Virus record (IMG/VR): IMGVR_UViG_3300000117_000028
Location: 1-54,746 of that record
Direction: 5' to 3' (one strand)
DNA from: a virus
Taxonomy: Duplodnaviria; Caudoviricetes
Length of the DNA: 54,746 nt
Shown here: positions 10,621 to 20,346 of the stretch, piece after piece
How positions within the stretch are numbered: position 1 is the first letter of the stretch
Layout of the letters: the number at the start of each line of letters is the position of its first letter
Translations under genes and position numbers: made by a program
Notes under the pieces: generated by a model
Databases searched by the model: none
What the model was told of the DNA's origin: nothing
Seen by the model: only the letters and a program-made list of their open reading frames with translations

Positions 10621-11147
10621 TGGCACAAAATTATCGTAAGAGTTTTAATGCTCCTATCCCCGGACAAAGTTTAACTGCAGAGTTGGGTGCACGTCCTTGG
10701 CAACATACTCCTCAGTATGCCACAGTTGAAGAAGCTATGGATTTCTATGCACCACGTATCCTTGAGCCACAGTTCCGTGATAGTATAGTAGATGTAATGG
10801 AACTTGGTATTCCTTTAACTACTATAGCAAACTCTTTACAATCTGGTGGTGTGATGCAGGGTAAACACACTATTGATGTGGGTATCCTTATCATGCCTGT
10901 ACTAATTGAAATGCTATCTTACGTAGGTGACGAAGAAGGTGTTGACTACACTATCGGAACTGAGATGGAAGAAGAAGACAAGGATAAATTCCGTGACTCA
11001 ACCATTGCAAAAGCGATGCGTAACGTAAAGAAAGTAATGGAAGAGGCAGGAAGTAAACCCGTAGAGGAACTACCTGAGACTGGTGTTGAAGAAGAAAGTA
11101 TGGCTGAAGAACCTGCACCTGCAGGGTTAATGGCACGGAGGCAGTAA
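10620..11147 (+). CDS. Hypothetical virion-associated protein
   Basis: APIPGQSLT...PWQxxPQY motif; coupled on both sides. Confidence 0.6.
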   Translation: MAQNYRKSFNAPIPGQSLTAELGARPWQHTPQYATVEEAMDFYAPRILEPQFRDSIVDVMELGIPLTTIANSLQSGGVMQGKHTIDVGILIMPVLIEMLSYVGDEEGVDYTIGTEMEEEDKDKFRDSTIAKAMRNVKKVMEEAGSKPVEELPETGVEEESMAEEPAPAGLMARRQ

Positions 11148-12313
11148 TGGCATTTAATTTTGGGGCATTTCTTGGTGGGGCATCTGACAACTTGGTTGAT
11201 ATGATCAAGACTAAAGAAGCACAGTTGTATAAAGAAGAACAAGATGAAAAAGAACGTACACGTAAAGCTCGTGTAGCTGCAGCCAATCAGCGTAGGGCAG
11301 ATGAAAAAGAAGCTAAAGCACTAGCAGAAGGTCTAAGTCTATTCTATTCTGCCGATCAAGTAAAAGACATCATGAGTAAGGGTAAGACTGCAGGTAAGTA
11401 TGCAATATCTTACGCTGAGAACATGGCGAATAAAGGGTATGATGCTTCTGCAGGTTATGCTATGCCTAAGACTTCCATACAAAGTGAGTTTGCTTTTGAT
11501 ATAGACGATCCTCGTGGTTCACAGATTGACCCACAGATGGCTGAGATTGAAACGGGTAGAGTACAGGAGATGACAGAGGAAGTTGAAGCACAGCCCTTTG
11601 TATCTCGCTTTACACAGCCACCTAAAGATGCAGAGATGACTAAAGCAAAAACGTTTGAAGCACGTCTGGTTGAGCTAGACTTTCAGCGTACTAATGCTCC
11701 GACAGAAGCTCAACGTGAAGAGTTTAACTCTACTTATACTGAGACACTAAATGCCTACAAAAAATTTAAAGAACAGTTAGCTGATAAGGGAACGGATACG
11801 AGCAAGATTACTTTAAGTAATGCAGACCGTAGTAGGTATGTAAATAACGCCCTTGACCGAGCATTTCAAAATGTTTCTTGGGCTGAAAGAGATATATCAG
11901 GAAGGTTAAAACTATCTGTAACAGGAAATGAAGCCAACTCTTTTGATTTAAGAAAGAAAGCTGTAGTAGACTTGCGAGAATTAGCTGCTCAATATAATGA
12001 TCCTGCCTTTGATACTTTAATTAATGGCGTAGAGCGTGGTTACAAGGCGGATGTTGAAACTAAAAAACAAATCGTATATAGAGCATACTTAGGTGCACAA
12101 CGTGCTGCTACGGATAATGATGCTTCTATAGATTCGTATGACGCTAGTACAGCAAGAGCATTTAAGGCATTGCCCGAAAACGGAAGAACTAAAAAACAGT
12201 TAACGGAACAAGCCCAGCAAGGTTTTTACAAACAGAATGATGTTGTTGCATACACAGATGCAGAAGGCAATATGAAATTGGCTTTGATAAGTGATGGTGG
12301 GATATTCTATTAA
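11147..12313 (+). CDS. Putative internal virion / ejection protein
   Basis: MAFNFGAFLGG N-terminus, helical, coupled to the large internal protein gene. Confidence 0.55.
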   Translation: MAFNFGAFLGGASDNLVDMIKTKEAQLYKEEQDEKERTRKARVAAANQRRADEKEAKALAEGLSLFYSADQVKDIMSKGKTAGKYAISYAENMANKGYDASAGYAMPKTSIQSEFAFDIDDPRGSQIDPQMAEIETGRVQEMTEEVEAQPFVSRFTQPPKDAEMTKAKTFEARLVELDFQRTNAPTEAQREEFNSTYTETLNAYKKFKEQLADKGTDTSKITLSNADRSRYVNNALDRAFQNVSWAERDISGRLKLSVTGNEANSFDLRKKAVVDLRELAAQYNDPAFDTLINGVERGYKADVETKKQIVYRAYLGAQRAATDNDASIDSYDASTARAFKALPENGRTKKQLTEQAQQGFYKQNDVVAYTDAEGNMKLALISDGGIFY

Positions 12314-15300
12314 TGGAAGAAGATTACTTTGCATTTGATACTCCTTTAGTTTCAGACGAAGAAGAAGATAAAGAAGATTACTTTTCTTTTAGTACTCCTT
12401 TGCCTAAAACAGAACCTACAATAGATCAACCTCTGCCGCAGGAAGACTATACTACAGAGCAAAATACTACACCTGTAGTAGATATTGATGCACCTATTGC
12501 AGAACAACAGGTTTCTGAAGCTGAGATACAAACGAATGAGATACTTGATCAAGCAGAGGCAGACGAAAGTTATGTTGATCCACGCCTAGTTGCCGCTATT
12601 GAAAAAACACGTGTGCAGTATACAGAAGCCTATGGCGATGAATACATAAAAGCACAGAGTGGGATGGTATCTGACACGAACCAAAAGATTATAGAACGGC
12701 GTGATCAGTTAATAGATGCTATAAACAAAAGATATACAGATGAATCTGGTAATCTTTCAGAAGTAGGCCAACTTCAATTGGCTAAAGTAGAAGAACAATT
12801 CAAGACTACGGAGTTTACTCCTCGTAACTTTGAAGAAGACATACAGAAACAAGCAGATTATATATCTGAGTATATGTCTCAAACAGACAACCCAATCCAC
12901 CGTAAACTAATTGACGAAATGCTGGAACTAGGTTATGGAGTCAATAAAATATATGGTGTAATGACTGCTGCAGAGTTTAGTCCTATACTAGGTGGCGCTC
13001 TTTCCCTTGAAGAAACAGATGACAGATTGGAAGATGCAAAGGTTCTCTGGGAGCAGGGAGACTTAGCGAGTAGGGGGTTAGCTGGGGCAGTAGTAGCACT
13101 GCAAGGTTTAGAAGTAGGACTTGGCGCAGTAGTTGGTGGTAAGGTTGCTAAAAAAGGTGTTGAACTTCTTACTGGAACTAATGCCAAGAAGATGGCACGT
13201 GCTAGACTAAATGCCAAAGGTGCAGCTGCTGCTGAAACAGAGGTTGCCAAGGAAGCTGCTGCCGAAGCTAAGAAAGTTGCTGAAGCTAATAAAGAAATAC
13301 AACAAGCTTTAATTGATGCCTTTGAAACACGTACTGGTAAAACTATTTCTACAGGTGATGCAGGTAACAAGGTAATTGATCCAACACTTGTACGTCAAGC
13401 CGGTAAAGAAACGTCTGAAGAAATACTTAACTACAAAAACAAATCCGTTAAGGACACACTTGAAGAAAGTTTAGTTGATCAGACCGCACAGTTTGCACAC
13501 TTAACTGATTATCCAGATGTACTTGTGTCTCCACTATTGAAGCCAGAAAAGTTTGATGGCATTGTAGCTATTGCGGCTGACCTTAAAAAGGCTAACCCTT
13601 CTGCCTTTGGTAAGAATGAAACCATCATTGATGACTTATTTGAACTGACAGTCAATGAAGAACTACTTGCATCGGATGAACTGGCGACAATGCTGACGAA
13701 GTATAACATCTCTTTTGATGAATACGTCATGTCAGTTGTAGGCTCAGGTTCTGAGGCAGGTAAAATCCTAAACAAGCTGTCACAGATTGCTAAAGCAAGA
13801 CCCGCTAGTGCAGTTAATGCAGCTAAAGAGAAAGCTGCTAAAGAGGCCGCAGGGTCTATTCGTAAAACTATTATGAGGCTTGAGAATGTTCGCCGTGGTG
13901 GGTTGGTGTCACAGCTTGCTACTGCATCTCGTAACCTTACATCAGCGGTTATACGTGCTCCTCTGGAGAGCCTTGGTAACGTGATGGATGAATCCCTATA
14001 CAGACTGTCTAATGATGGTGTAGGGGCAGCTGCTGGTGCCCTATTCAACGGTGACGTATGGACAGATAGCTTCCGTCAAATGAAGTACATGTTCCGTAAT
14101 CCCATTGAGGCTAAACGATATACTGACCTGCTTCTAAAACGCCCAGAACTTGGGGATCAATTTGATCGTATGTTTAATAATATAAACGAAATACAAGCAC
14201 TGACAGGCCGGGGTAAAGGCGGTGTAGGTGACACTGTACTTACAGCACTTGAAGATGGTGTTGATTTACTAAACACACCTAACCGTTTACAGGAATATCT
14301 CATTCGCCGTGGTGCATTCTTTGGTGAGCTTGAGCGTTTGTCACGGCGTGAGTGGAACATAGACCTTATTGATACGCTAAACAAAGGTAAGATTCGTGAC
14401 CTACTTAACGATGCTTCTTCTGTACGTCCCGCAGGTACTCGTAGCTTTATGGACTTAGTAGATGACAGTGTAAATAAAGCACTAGATATTACATATGCCA
14501 AGCAACCTGACATCCCTGTGTTCCAAAGTACTGCAAGCTTTATTGTGCGTAATGGTTTAACTACTGTAATGCCTTTCCCAAGGTTTATGTTTAATAGCAT
14601 GGAATTGTTGGGGCAGTATGCTGGTGGTGCATCTATACCTATCGCACGTAAGATGGCAAGCATCGTAAGCAAAGGTCAGCGTGGCCCACTAACAGCTAAA
14701 GATCGTCAACGTATTCAACGTAACATCTTGGGTTGGTCTGCTATTGGTGCTGCCTATCAGTATCGCACAAGTGAAGATGCAAATGCAGACTATAAAATGG
14801 TCACTACTTCTGACGATGAGATGTTAGATACTACACCACAGTATCCACTGCGTCAGTTCTTGTATCTAGGTGAAGCAACTAAACGTGCTATGGATGGTAC
14901 ACTAGGTGATTGGTTTGACATTCGTGAGTTCCAAGATACATTCTTAGGTGTTAACTTCCGTACAGGTGTGGGCAATGTGTTCTTAGAAGAGGTTGCTGAT
15001 CTAGCAACTGGCCTTGATCTAACAGCTAAAGAAGCCACTGGTAAACTATTGGGTAGCGCACTGGGTCAATACCTATCTACATGGATGGTCCCATTTGGTC
15101 AGGTGATTGAGTCACAACGTGCGGCAGGTCTACGTGGAACTGCATACAAAGATGTACGGGAAGACCCTGATCTAGGGTTCTGGTCAACACTTGGTAATGA
15201 AGTCAAACGTCCGTTTGATCAGCGTGGATTTACCATGAGTGCGGAAGAAGAAGCTGCACTACCAGAGCGTGAGTTCTTATACTCTGAAGATGGAACTAAA

Positions 15301-15834
15301 GATCGTAAGAATGTACTGTCTCGTGTTATCTTTGGTCTTAACTTCCAAGAGAAAGATGCGAAGTACGGTGAGTACTTAAAGGGTAAAGGTATGCGGGAGT
15401 GGGAGCTTGGTAGTAAGTCTCGTGTTCCAAGTATTCAACGGACAGAAAATAAAGAACTGCGTAAATACATTCCTACTATTGTAGACATTGCACAGAACAT
15501 GGAAACATATGTACGTGAAGCTTACCAAACTAAGTCAGATGAATTTAAAGCAAAGGTATCTGAGAACCAGTATGTCAACTCTGAAATTATTCCTTTGATA
15601 AAGTCACAGGTAAATAATTTAAAGCGTGAGCTACGTGACGCAGGTATGCAGTACATGTCAGGTGATCCTTACTTGATTGCGCAAACTCAGTACAGGCGTA
15701 TGTCACCTGACTTCCGCAAGTATGCTACCGTTAAGTTCATAGAGAATAATGGTAGGTCACCAGACGGATCAAACACAGCTGACCTACAAGAGATGATCCA
15801 GCTAGGTAAGGCATACAAAGAAGCCATACGATAA
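12313..15834 (+). CDS. Large internal virion / ejection protein
   Basis: 1173 aa, last gene of the late arm; PFPRFMFN motif; podovirus synteny. Confidence 0.6.
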   Translation: MEEDYFAFDTPLVSDEEEDKEDYFSFSTPLPKTEPTIDQPLPQEDYTTEQNTTPVVDIDAPIAEQQVSEAEIQTNEILDQAEADESYVDPRLVAAIEKTRVQYTEAYGDEYIKAQSGMVSDTNQKIIERRDQLIDAINKRYTDESGNLSEVGQLQLAKVEEQFKTTEFTPRNFEEDIQKQADYISEYMSQTDNPIHRKLIDEMLELGYGVNKIYGVMTAAEFSPILGGALSLEETDDRLEDAKVLWEQGDLASRGLAGAVVALQGLEVGLGAVVGGKVAKKGVELLTGTNAKKMARARLNAKGAAAAETEVAKEAAAEAKKVAEANKEIQQALIDAFETRTGKTISTGDAGNKVIDPTLVRQAGKETSEEILNYKNKSVKDTLEESLVDQTAQFAHLTDYPDVLVSPLLKPEKFDGIVAIAADLKKANPSAFGKNETIIDDLFELTVNEELLASDELATMLTKYNISFDEYVMSVVGSGSEAGKILNKLSQIAKARPASAVNAAKEKAAKEAAGSIRKTIMRLENVRRGGLVSQLATASRNLTSAVIRAPLESLGNVMDESLYRLSNDGVGAAAGALFNGDVWTDSFRQMKYMFRNPIEAKRYTDLLLKRPELGDQFDRMFNNINEIQALTGRGKGGVGDTVLTALEDGVDLLNTPNRLQEYLIRRGAFFGELERLSRREWNIDLIDTLNKGKIRDLLNDASSVRPAGTRSFMDLVDDSVNKALDITYAKQPDIPVFQSTASFIVRNGLTTVMPFPRFMFNSMELLGQYAGGASIPIARKMASIVSKGQRGPLTAKDRQRIQRNILGWSAIGAAYQYRTSEDANADYKMVTTSDDEMLDTTPQYPLRQFLYLGEATKRAMDGTLGDWFDIREFQDTFLGVNFRTGVGNVFLEEVADLATGLDLTAKEATGKLLGSALGQYLSTWMVPFGQVIESQRAAGLRGTAYKDVREDPDLGFWSTLGNEVKRPFDQRGFTMSAEEEAALPEREFLYSEDGTKDRKNVLSRVIFGLNFQEKDAKYGEYLKGKGMREWELGSKSRVPSIQRTENKELRKYIPTIVDIAQNMETYVREAYQTKSDEFKAKVSENQYVNSEIIPLIKSQVNNLKRELRDAGMQYMSGDPYLIAQTQYRRMSPDFRKYATVKFIENNGRSPDGSNTADLQEMIQLGKAYKEAIR

Positions 15835-15835
15835 C

Positions 15836-15870
15836 AATAAAAAAGGGCGGCTTAATTGCCGCCCGATTTA
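15836..15870. terminator. Rho-independent terminator between the convergent arms
   Basis: GGGCGGC-TTAATT-GCCGCCC stem (15845-15864); upstream A-tract gives a U-tail on the minus strand, weak ATTTA tail on the plus strand. Confidence 0.8.
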
Positions 15871-15873
15871 TGT

Positions 15874-16239
15874 CTACCGTTTGTCTCCACTACCTTGGAG
15901 TACACCCCTAGCCTTTCGGTCATGTAGCTTACGTAAGTTATTCTTTGCAAGCTCTGTCATGTCTACGTTTAGATCACGGCATAGTGCTGCAATATACCAG
16001 AGGCAATCTCCTACTTCATCTGCAATTGCTTCACGATCAAACTTACCATCACGTAAAATCTTCTTCACCTTGTTGGCAACTTCACCCGCCTCTGCAGCCA
16101 ATCCTAGTGCAGGGTATAGTACCTGATGATCTATTTTATAGATAGCAGTTTCTGATGCCATGTCTTGGTACGACTTGAAGTTTATGTTTTCATATTTCTT
16201 TTCCATAAATTGTCTAGCCTCTTCCTGTAACTTGTTCAT
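15874..16239 (-). CDS. mazG: MazG-like nucleotide pyrophosphohydrolase
   Basis: LGLAAEAGEVANKVKK...EVGDCLWY...NLRKL..R..RG...GSGDKR. Confidence 0.9.
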   Translation of the reverse strand: MNKLQEEARQFMEKKYENINFKSYQDMASETAIYKIDHQVLYPALGLAAEAGEVANKVKKILRDGKFDREAIADEVGDCLWYIAALCRDLNVDMTELAKNNLRKLHDRKARGVLQGSGDKR

Positions 16240-16444
16240 GATCCCTTATCCGTCTTAACTGATCAAAGTAGGCTTTATTAAACCCACGTTCCCATTCCCT
16301 GTACTGCATTGTGTCACTTGGAAATGGGTTAGAAATACGTCCTTGCCTAAAATCTTTGTAGCCTCTCTCTTGTTGAAACTTTAACGGTGCATCGTACTTA
16401 CCAAGGCCACGTTGTTTGCGTGTCATTTGTTTTTGCATATGCAT
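16214..16444 (-). CDS. Small protein with a ribosome modulation factor (Rmf/CrpP)-like motif
   Basis: ERGY...GR..NPF......EWERGF resembles the RMF core QRGY..G..GR...CPY......WLGGW. Confidence 0.45.
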   Translation of the reverse strand: MHMQKQMTRKQRGLGKYDAPLKFQQERGYKDFRQGRISNPFPSDTMQYREWERGFNKAYFDQLRRIRDHEQVTGRG

Positions 16445-16450
16445 ATCTCC

Positions 16451-16900
16451 TTATACTACGTTGATTAATTCTGCTTCTGTGTACGGTATGTGATAAAACT
16501 GTTCACCCTTTAGGATGTTGCGTCCCTGTGCTTCACGTAACCGATCCTTAGTTAGGCTTGTATCTTTGATACGCCACGCTTGCTTCATGTCGTTACGAAA
16601 GATGTAGAAGTTTAGTACCCCATTCTCCCCCTCATATTTATCAAGTAATCTCCCTTTACGTTCTGGAATACGTATCTCTTTCCAGTGTGTGGGCCAATCA
16701 CTTTTCCAAGCTACCTTTACTTCTGCTTCATTGTAGTATGTATACTCTTCTTTCTTAGATACAATGTCTACGTAGTAGTTCTCTTCTGTGTTTTCAATGT
16801 CGTGACCAACACTCTCTAAGTATTGTACGAGTTTGTCTTTGGCTGGTGCATCATAACTTTTATAAAGCTTAGTGCTAAATTGTTTACGAGTAGGTTTCAT
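16451..16900 (-). CDS. Hypothetical protein, possible PD-(D/E)XK nuclease fold
   Basis: VDIV...EAEVK motif. Confidence 0.5.
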   Translation of the reverse strand: MKPTRKQFSTKLYKSYDAPAKDKLVQYLESVGHDIENTEENYYVDIVSKKEEYTYYNEAEVKVAWKSDWPTHWKEIRIPERKGRLLDKYEGENGVLNFYIFRNDMKQAWRIKDTSLTKDRLREAQGRNILKGEQFYHIPYTEAELINVV

Positions 16901-17120
16901 GTATATACTCCTTCAATTCTGTGTAACCACCTAAGTGAGTTCCATCTGGTTTAAATATCTGTGGTACTGTAGTTATACTTGATCTTTTTAATAAGGACAA
17001 TATCCATTTACTACTGTCTGATTGTATGTTGTACTCTGTGTAATCTAACCCTGCACCTTTCATGAGGGCTTTCGCAGCATCACAGAAGCTACATTGATTA
17101 CGTGTTATTATCACCCACAT
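16884..17120 (-). CDS. Glutaredoxin
   Basis: CSFC active site, TVPQIF and GGYTEL motifs; near the RNR gene. Confidence 0.9.
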   Translation of the reverse strand: MWVIITRNQCSFCDAAKALMKGAGLDYTEYNIQSDSSKWILSLLKRSSITTVPQIFKPDGTHLGGYTELKEYIHETYS

Positions 17121-17298
17121 TTAATTGTCTCCATTTTAATTGTTGTTTAAGTTTTTTTTGATCGTGTTCACTCATTATACTCCATTCACGAATCTCGTCA
17201 ATAGTTCTTTTGCACCCCGCACAATAACCGTGTTCAATACGACACACTTTTGTGCAGGGTGATGGTATGTTACCTACGTTAGGTCTACGATTTCGCAC
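17098..17298 (-). CDS. DUF1289 family Cys-rich protein
   Basis: SPCxxVC.....CxGCxRTxxEIxxW signature. Confidence 0.8.
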   Translation of the reverse strand: MRNRRPNVGNIPSPCTKVCRIEHGYCAGCKRTIDEIREWSIMSEHDQKKLKQQLKWRQLNVGDNNT

Positions 17299-19178
17299 GA
17301 GTCACCCGAGCAAGCCATCGTCTGCATACTTACTGTGTTGTCTTCATTCTCGTAGTTAGAAAGGTCTGACCAGTCAATGGATTCAGGCATTAGTGATAGC
17401 ATCTCTTCGTACTCTTCCTTAGTGCAATCCTGATATGGTGCCTGTTGGTAAGTATGATCTGAGTGTGGCAAGAATGACACACCTGACATCTCGTCAAAGT
17501 GCTCATATACAAATGCCCCCACAGCCATCCACTCAGCATCCCGTACTGAGATAGTCACAGATGGTTTGTGTTCACACCAGTGTCGCTGATAGGTGAGCCA
17601 CAACTCAAGCTGTTCTACAGCTGTCATATCATTACGTGTGACAGCCTGCTCAGGGGACTTGACAGGGAAGCTAAACACTACAGTAGAGTCAGGCTTCATA
17701 ACACAAGGCTCATTAGGAATGCCTTGGTCAATCATGAACTGTGTTAGTGGGTCTTTGTTATCACCACGCACAGTACGAATATAATAGGGGCTGTGACGAG
17801 CATGAATTCCACTAGCAGAATCAACCAGTTGTGATACCGTACCCGAAGGTTTAACACAGCTGATAGAAGTACTAGCAGGGATGCCAAGGCGTTCAGCCCA
17901 CTCAGCGTTAGTAGCCACAGCAATGGATCGTAAATGTTCAAGGGTCTTATCCAATCCGTTGTTAGATGATGTCATTAAAGGGTTGTCCATAATGCCTGTC
18001 ATAGACACACCAAGCAACCGTTCTTCTGCAGTATTGTTTTGCCACACCTTACGTAGGTAGGGGAACTTAATCAGTGTAGACTGTATTGTACCTAAAATAG
18101 TGGCAAGCTTAACCTTACGTTCCAAGTCTTTCAATGTATCCGTTGCACGTACCACGCACTCCGTTAGATTACAAAACTGATATGGGCGCAAGATGATTTC
18201 CGAACACGGGTTGGTCCCGAACTCATGGTTAGGATCACGCCTACCAAACTTAGCTGCTTGCTTCTTGGATGCCTCACGGTTGAAGATACCACGCTCACCA
18301 GACTTAGACTCAACCAGAGACAGCCACTCACGCATGAATGTTTCCATGTCTGGCTTCTCAGTGTATGAGACAGAGTTGTTAGCCAAGGCACGATGCCCAG
18401 CTGTTTCCCACCACTGCCCTGACTTAGCGTGACGCATACGATCATCACTAAGGTTAGACAGAGAGATCATAGCACTGCGGCGTACACCACCTACAACAAC
18501 GATCTGACCAATGAAGCACATCAAGTCGTGACACTCCATAGAGGATAGCTTACGTCCTTGTGCTGCCTTGAAAGTAGACACAGCAAAGTTAAATAGTTCT
18601 ACGAGTGGCGCTGGGCCTGATGCTCTACCGCCGAATGTTTTAAGCCTTGCACCTGCAGGGCGTACCTGTGATACATCCCACTTAGGAATCTCACCAGCCC
18701 AGAGGAGTGCAAGAACTTGACGGAACCCCTTAGCCCAACCTTCCTTACTATCCTTAACGACAACGACAGACTCACTCTGGAACAGCTCAGGCACTTCTGG
18801 AAGCTTGCTGACGAACTGGCGCTCAACGGAGAACCCGACACCAGTACCACAGAGGAGAATGTACATAGCCTCATCAAATGATTTAGGGTCATCTACGGGT
18901 AGGTAGCTACAGTTGTAGCCTGCTGTGTTGTCACGATCTAGGGCTGGTCCAGCTGTCATCATAGCTCTCATGGATGGCATGATCTCTTGGCCTACGATAG
19001 CTTGTTCAATATCCTTTATGTAGCTGTTGTCTATGCCACCAAGTGCCTTACGTACTACGTTATCCATATAACGTCCTACTGTTTCACTCCATGACTCACG
19101 GCCCTTGCCATCAAAGTACTTGGCGTAGCGTGACTTGTGGATAAACGATTGATAGTCTGTTGGTAAATAATTATTCAT
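17274..19178 (-). CDS. nrdJ: Class II (adenosylcobalamin-dependent) ribonucleotide reductase
   Basis: GGVRRSA, TNPCSE, VKPSGTVS motifs and C-terminal CSGDSC; no beta-subunit gene in the genome. Confidence 0.88.
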   Translation of the reverse strand: MNNYLPTDYQSFIHKSRYAKYFDGKGRESWSETVGRYMDNVVRKALGGIDNSYIKDIEQAIVGQEIMPSMRAMMTAGPALDRDNTAGYNCSYLPVDDPKSFDEAMYILLCGTGVGFSVERQFVSKLPEVPELFQSESVVVVKDSKEGWAKGFRQVLALLWAGEIPKWDVSQVRPAGARLKTFGGRASGPAPLVELFNFAVSTFKAAQGRKLSSMECHDLMCFIGQIVVVGGVRRSAMISLSNLSDDRMRHAKSGQWWETAGHRALANNSVSYTEKPDMETFMREWLSLVESKSGERGIFNREASKKQAAKFGRRDPNHEFGTNPCSEIILRPYQFCNLTECVVRATDTLKDLERKVKLATILGTIQSTLIKFPYLRKVWQNNTAEERLLGVSMTGIMDNPLMTSSNNGLDKTLEHLRSIAVATNAEWAERLGIPASTSISCVKPSGTVSQLVDSASGIHARHSPYYIRTVRGDNKDPLTQFMIDQGIPNEPCVMKPDSTVVFSFPVKSPEQAVTRNDMTAVEQLELWLTYQRHWCEHKPSVTISVRDAEWMAVGAFVYEHFDEMSGVSFLPHSDHTYQQAPYQDCTKEEYEEMLSLMPESIDWSDLSNYENEDNTVSMQTMACSGDSCEIVDLT

Positions 19179-19341
19179 TCTCACTCCTCGTTAGTATTTT
19201 AATATTTTTAATCGTCATACCATCCACATCGTGGATAAAATCCTGTAGCGTAATCTCAATCTCAGGATCAATGAATCCGTCTACAGGGACTTGGTATTCA
19301 TCTTCATCTACGTCTAGCGTTAAGAATACTTTAACTATCAC
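19171..19341 (-). CDS. Small acidic hypothetical protein (56 aa, not in ORF track)
   Basis: GTG start after AAGGAG; MIVKVFLTLDVDEDEYQVPVDG...; fills the gap and overlaps the nrdJ start. Confidence 0.6.
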   Translation of the reverse strand: MIVKVFLTLDVDEDEYQVPVDGFIDPEIEITLQDFIHDVDGMTIKNIKILTRSENE

Positions 19342-19356
19342 TTCATACTCTCCTTC

Positions 19357-19683
19357 CTAGAAGTTTACTGTTAGTACATTGCCATCACGTTTATCTACTC
19401 GTGGTTCAGGTTCGTCATCTCCGTATGTTTCATCAACTATCTTTAATAAGCTGTGACGAAACTCTGCATTACTTTCCATCAATGAAATAGCAGAAATCAA
19501 CATCTCTGTTAACATACGTAAATGTGCGTAGTCCTCTTTGTTTAAATTATTGTAGTCTGTTGTAAGCATACCTACGTCAATATCACCTGTCCACTCTCCG
19601 TCTTCTACGTAGGGTGAGACACGTATGATAAAGTCATTAGGATCAAACTTTATGAATGATGATAGGTCTCGTTCTTCTGTCAT
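19357..19683 (-). CDS. Hypothetical protein
   Basis: AGGAG SD before MTEERD; lies within the operon. Confidence 0.6.
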   Translation of the reverse strand: MTEERDLSSFIKFDPNDFIIRVSPYVEDGEWTGDIDVGMLTTDYNNLNKEDYAHLRMLTEMLISAISLMESNAEFRHSLLKIVDETYGDDEPEPRVDKRDGNVLTVNF

Positions 19684-19684
19684 G

Positions 19685-20137
19685 CTAACTCCTTTTAATT
19701 TTGTCATTAGGGAATACCACCAAGTCAGGGTGGTTGTCAATGCCTTTTTCTTTTAGCCAATTTTCTGGGACAATCCTATCTGCATACAGGAATTTATTCT
19801 TTTTACACCATGTACCATATGTACTCTTGGCACCCTTACTTAGCTTACGCTTGCTGCTTTCAAACACAAAGCGTATGTCTAGGTTAGGGTGTTGCTTTTT
19901 AATAGCAACATGTTTACGTCTGTCACTAGCTGTAAACAATCCCTTTACTTCTATGATTAATCCGTTAGGCAGTACAAAGTCAGGGGTATAGGTGCGGTAC
20001 ATCAAGTCTTCCCATTCAATTTTAATGGCTTCATACTTGAACTTTACTTTGTGTTCTTTCAAGTAATCTTTGACTTTGATTTCTAGTCCACTCCTATACC
20101 CATGCTTCATTGCGGCACGGAACTGCTTGCCATTCAT
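19685..20137 (-). CDS. Endonuclease I (T7 gp3-like Holliday junction resolvase)
   Basis: YRSGLE, YTPDF, IEVKG and LDIRFVF motifs. Confidence 0.9.
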   Translation of the reverse strand: MNGKQFRAAMKHGYRSGLEIKVKDYLKEHKVKFKYEAIKIEWEDLMYRTYTPDFVLPNGLIIEVKGLFTASDRRKHVAIKKQHPNLDIRFVFESSKRKLSKGAKSTYGTWCKKNKFLYADRIVPENWLKEKGIDNHPDLVVFPNDKIKRS

Positions 20138-20343
20138 TAGATTACCCAGCCGCCTCGCATGGTACGAATGCCAAGACTCTTTAGCTCTTCCATGATTGCT
20201 CCGTCTGCTGCCTTACGTGCTTCCATAGCGGTGCGTAAACCTGCGTAACGTTTCTCATGTAGCTCACGTTTACGTTCCCTTAGTTCTTCTTCCATTGCAG
20301 TAATCTCTTCCTGCATTTGTTTTACTTCGTCATCACCTAGCAT
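20137..20343 (-). CDS. Small coiled-coil hypothetical protein
   Basis: GAGGAG SD; coupled to the endonuclease gene. Confidence 0.6.
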   Translation of the reverse strand: MLGDDEVKQMQEEITAMEEELRERKRELHEKRYAGLRTAMEARKAADGAIMEELKSLGIRTMRGGWVI

Positions 20344-20346
20344 AAT

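Noticed and set aside
12933-15038. Long antisense ORFs (12933-13370, 13509-14048, 14157-14672, 14853-15038)
   Set aside because: They are shadows of the codon-biased plus-strand gene, with no SD or recognisable motifs; the same applies to most other antisense ORFs in the track
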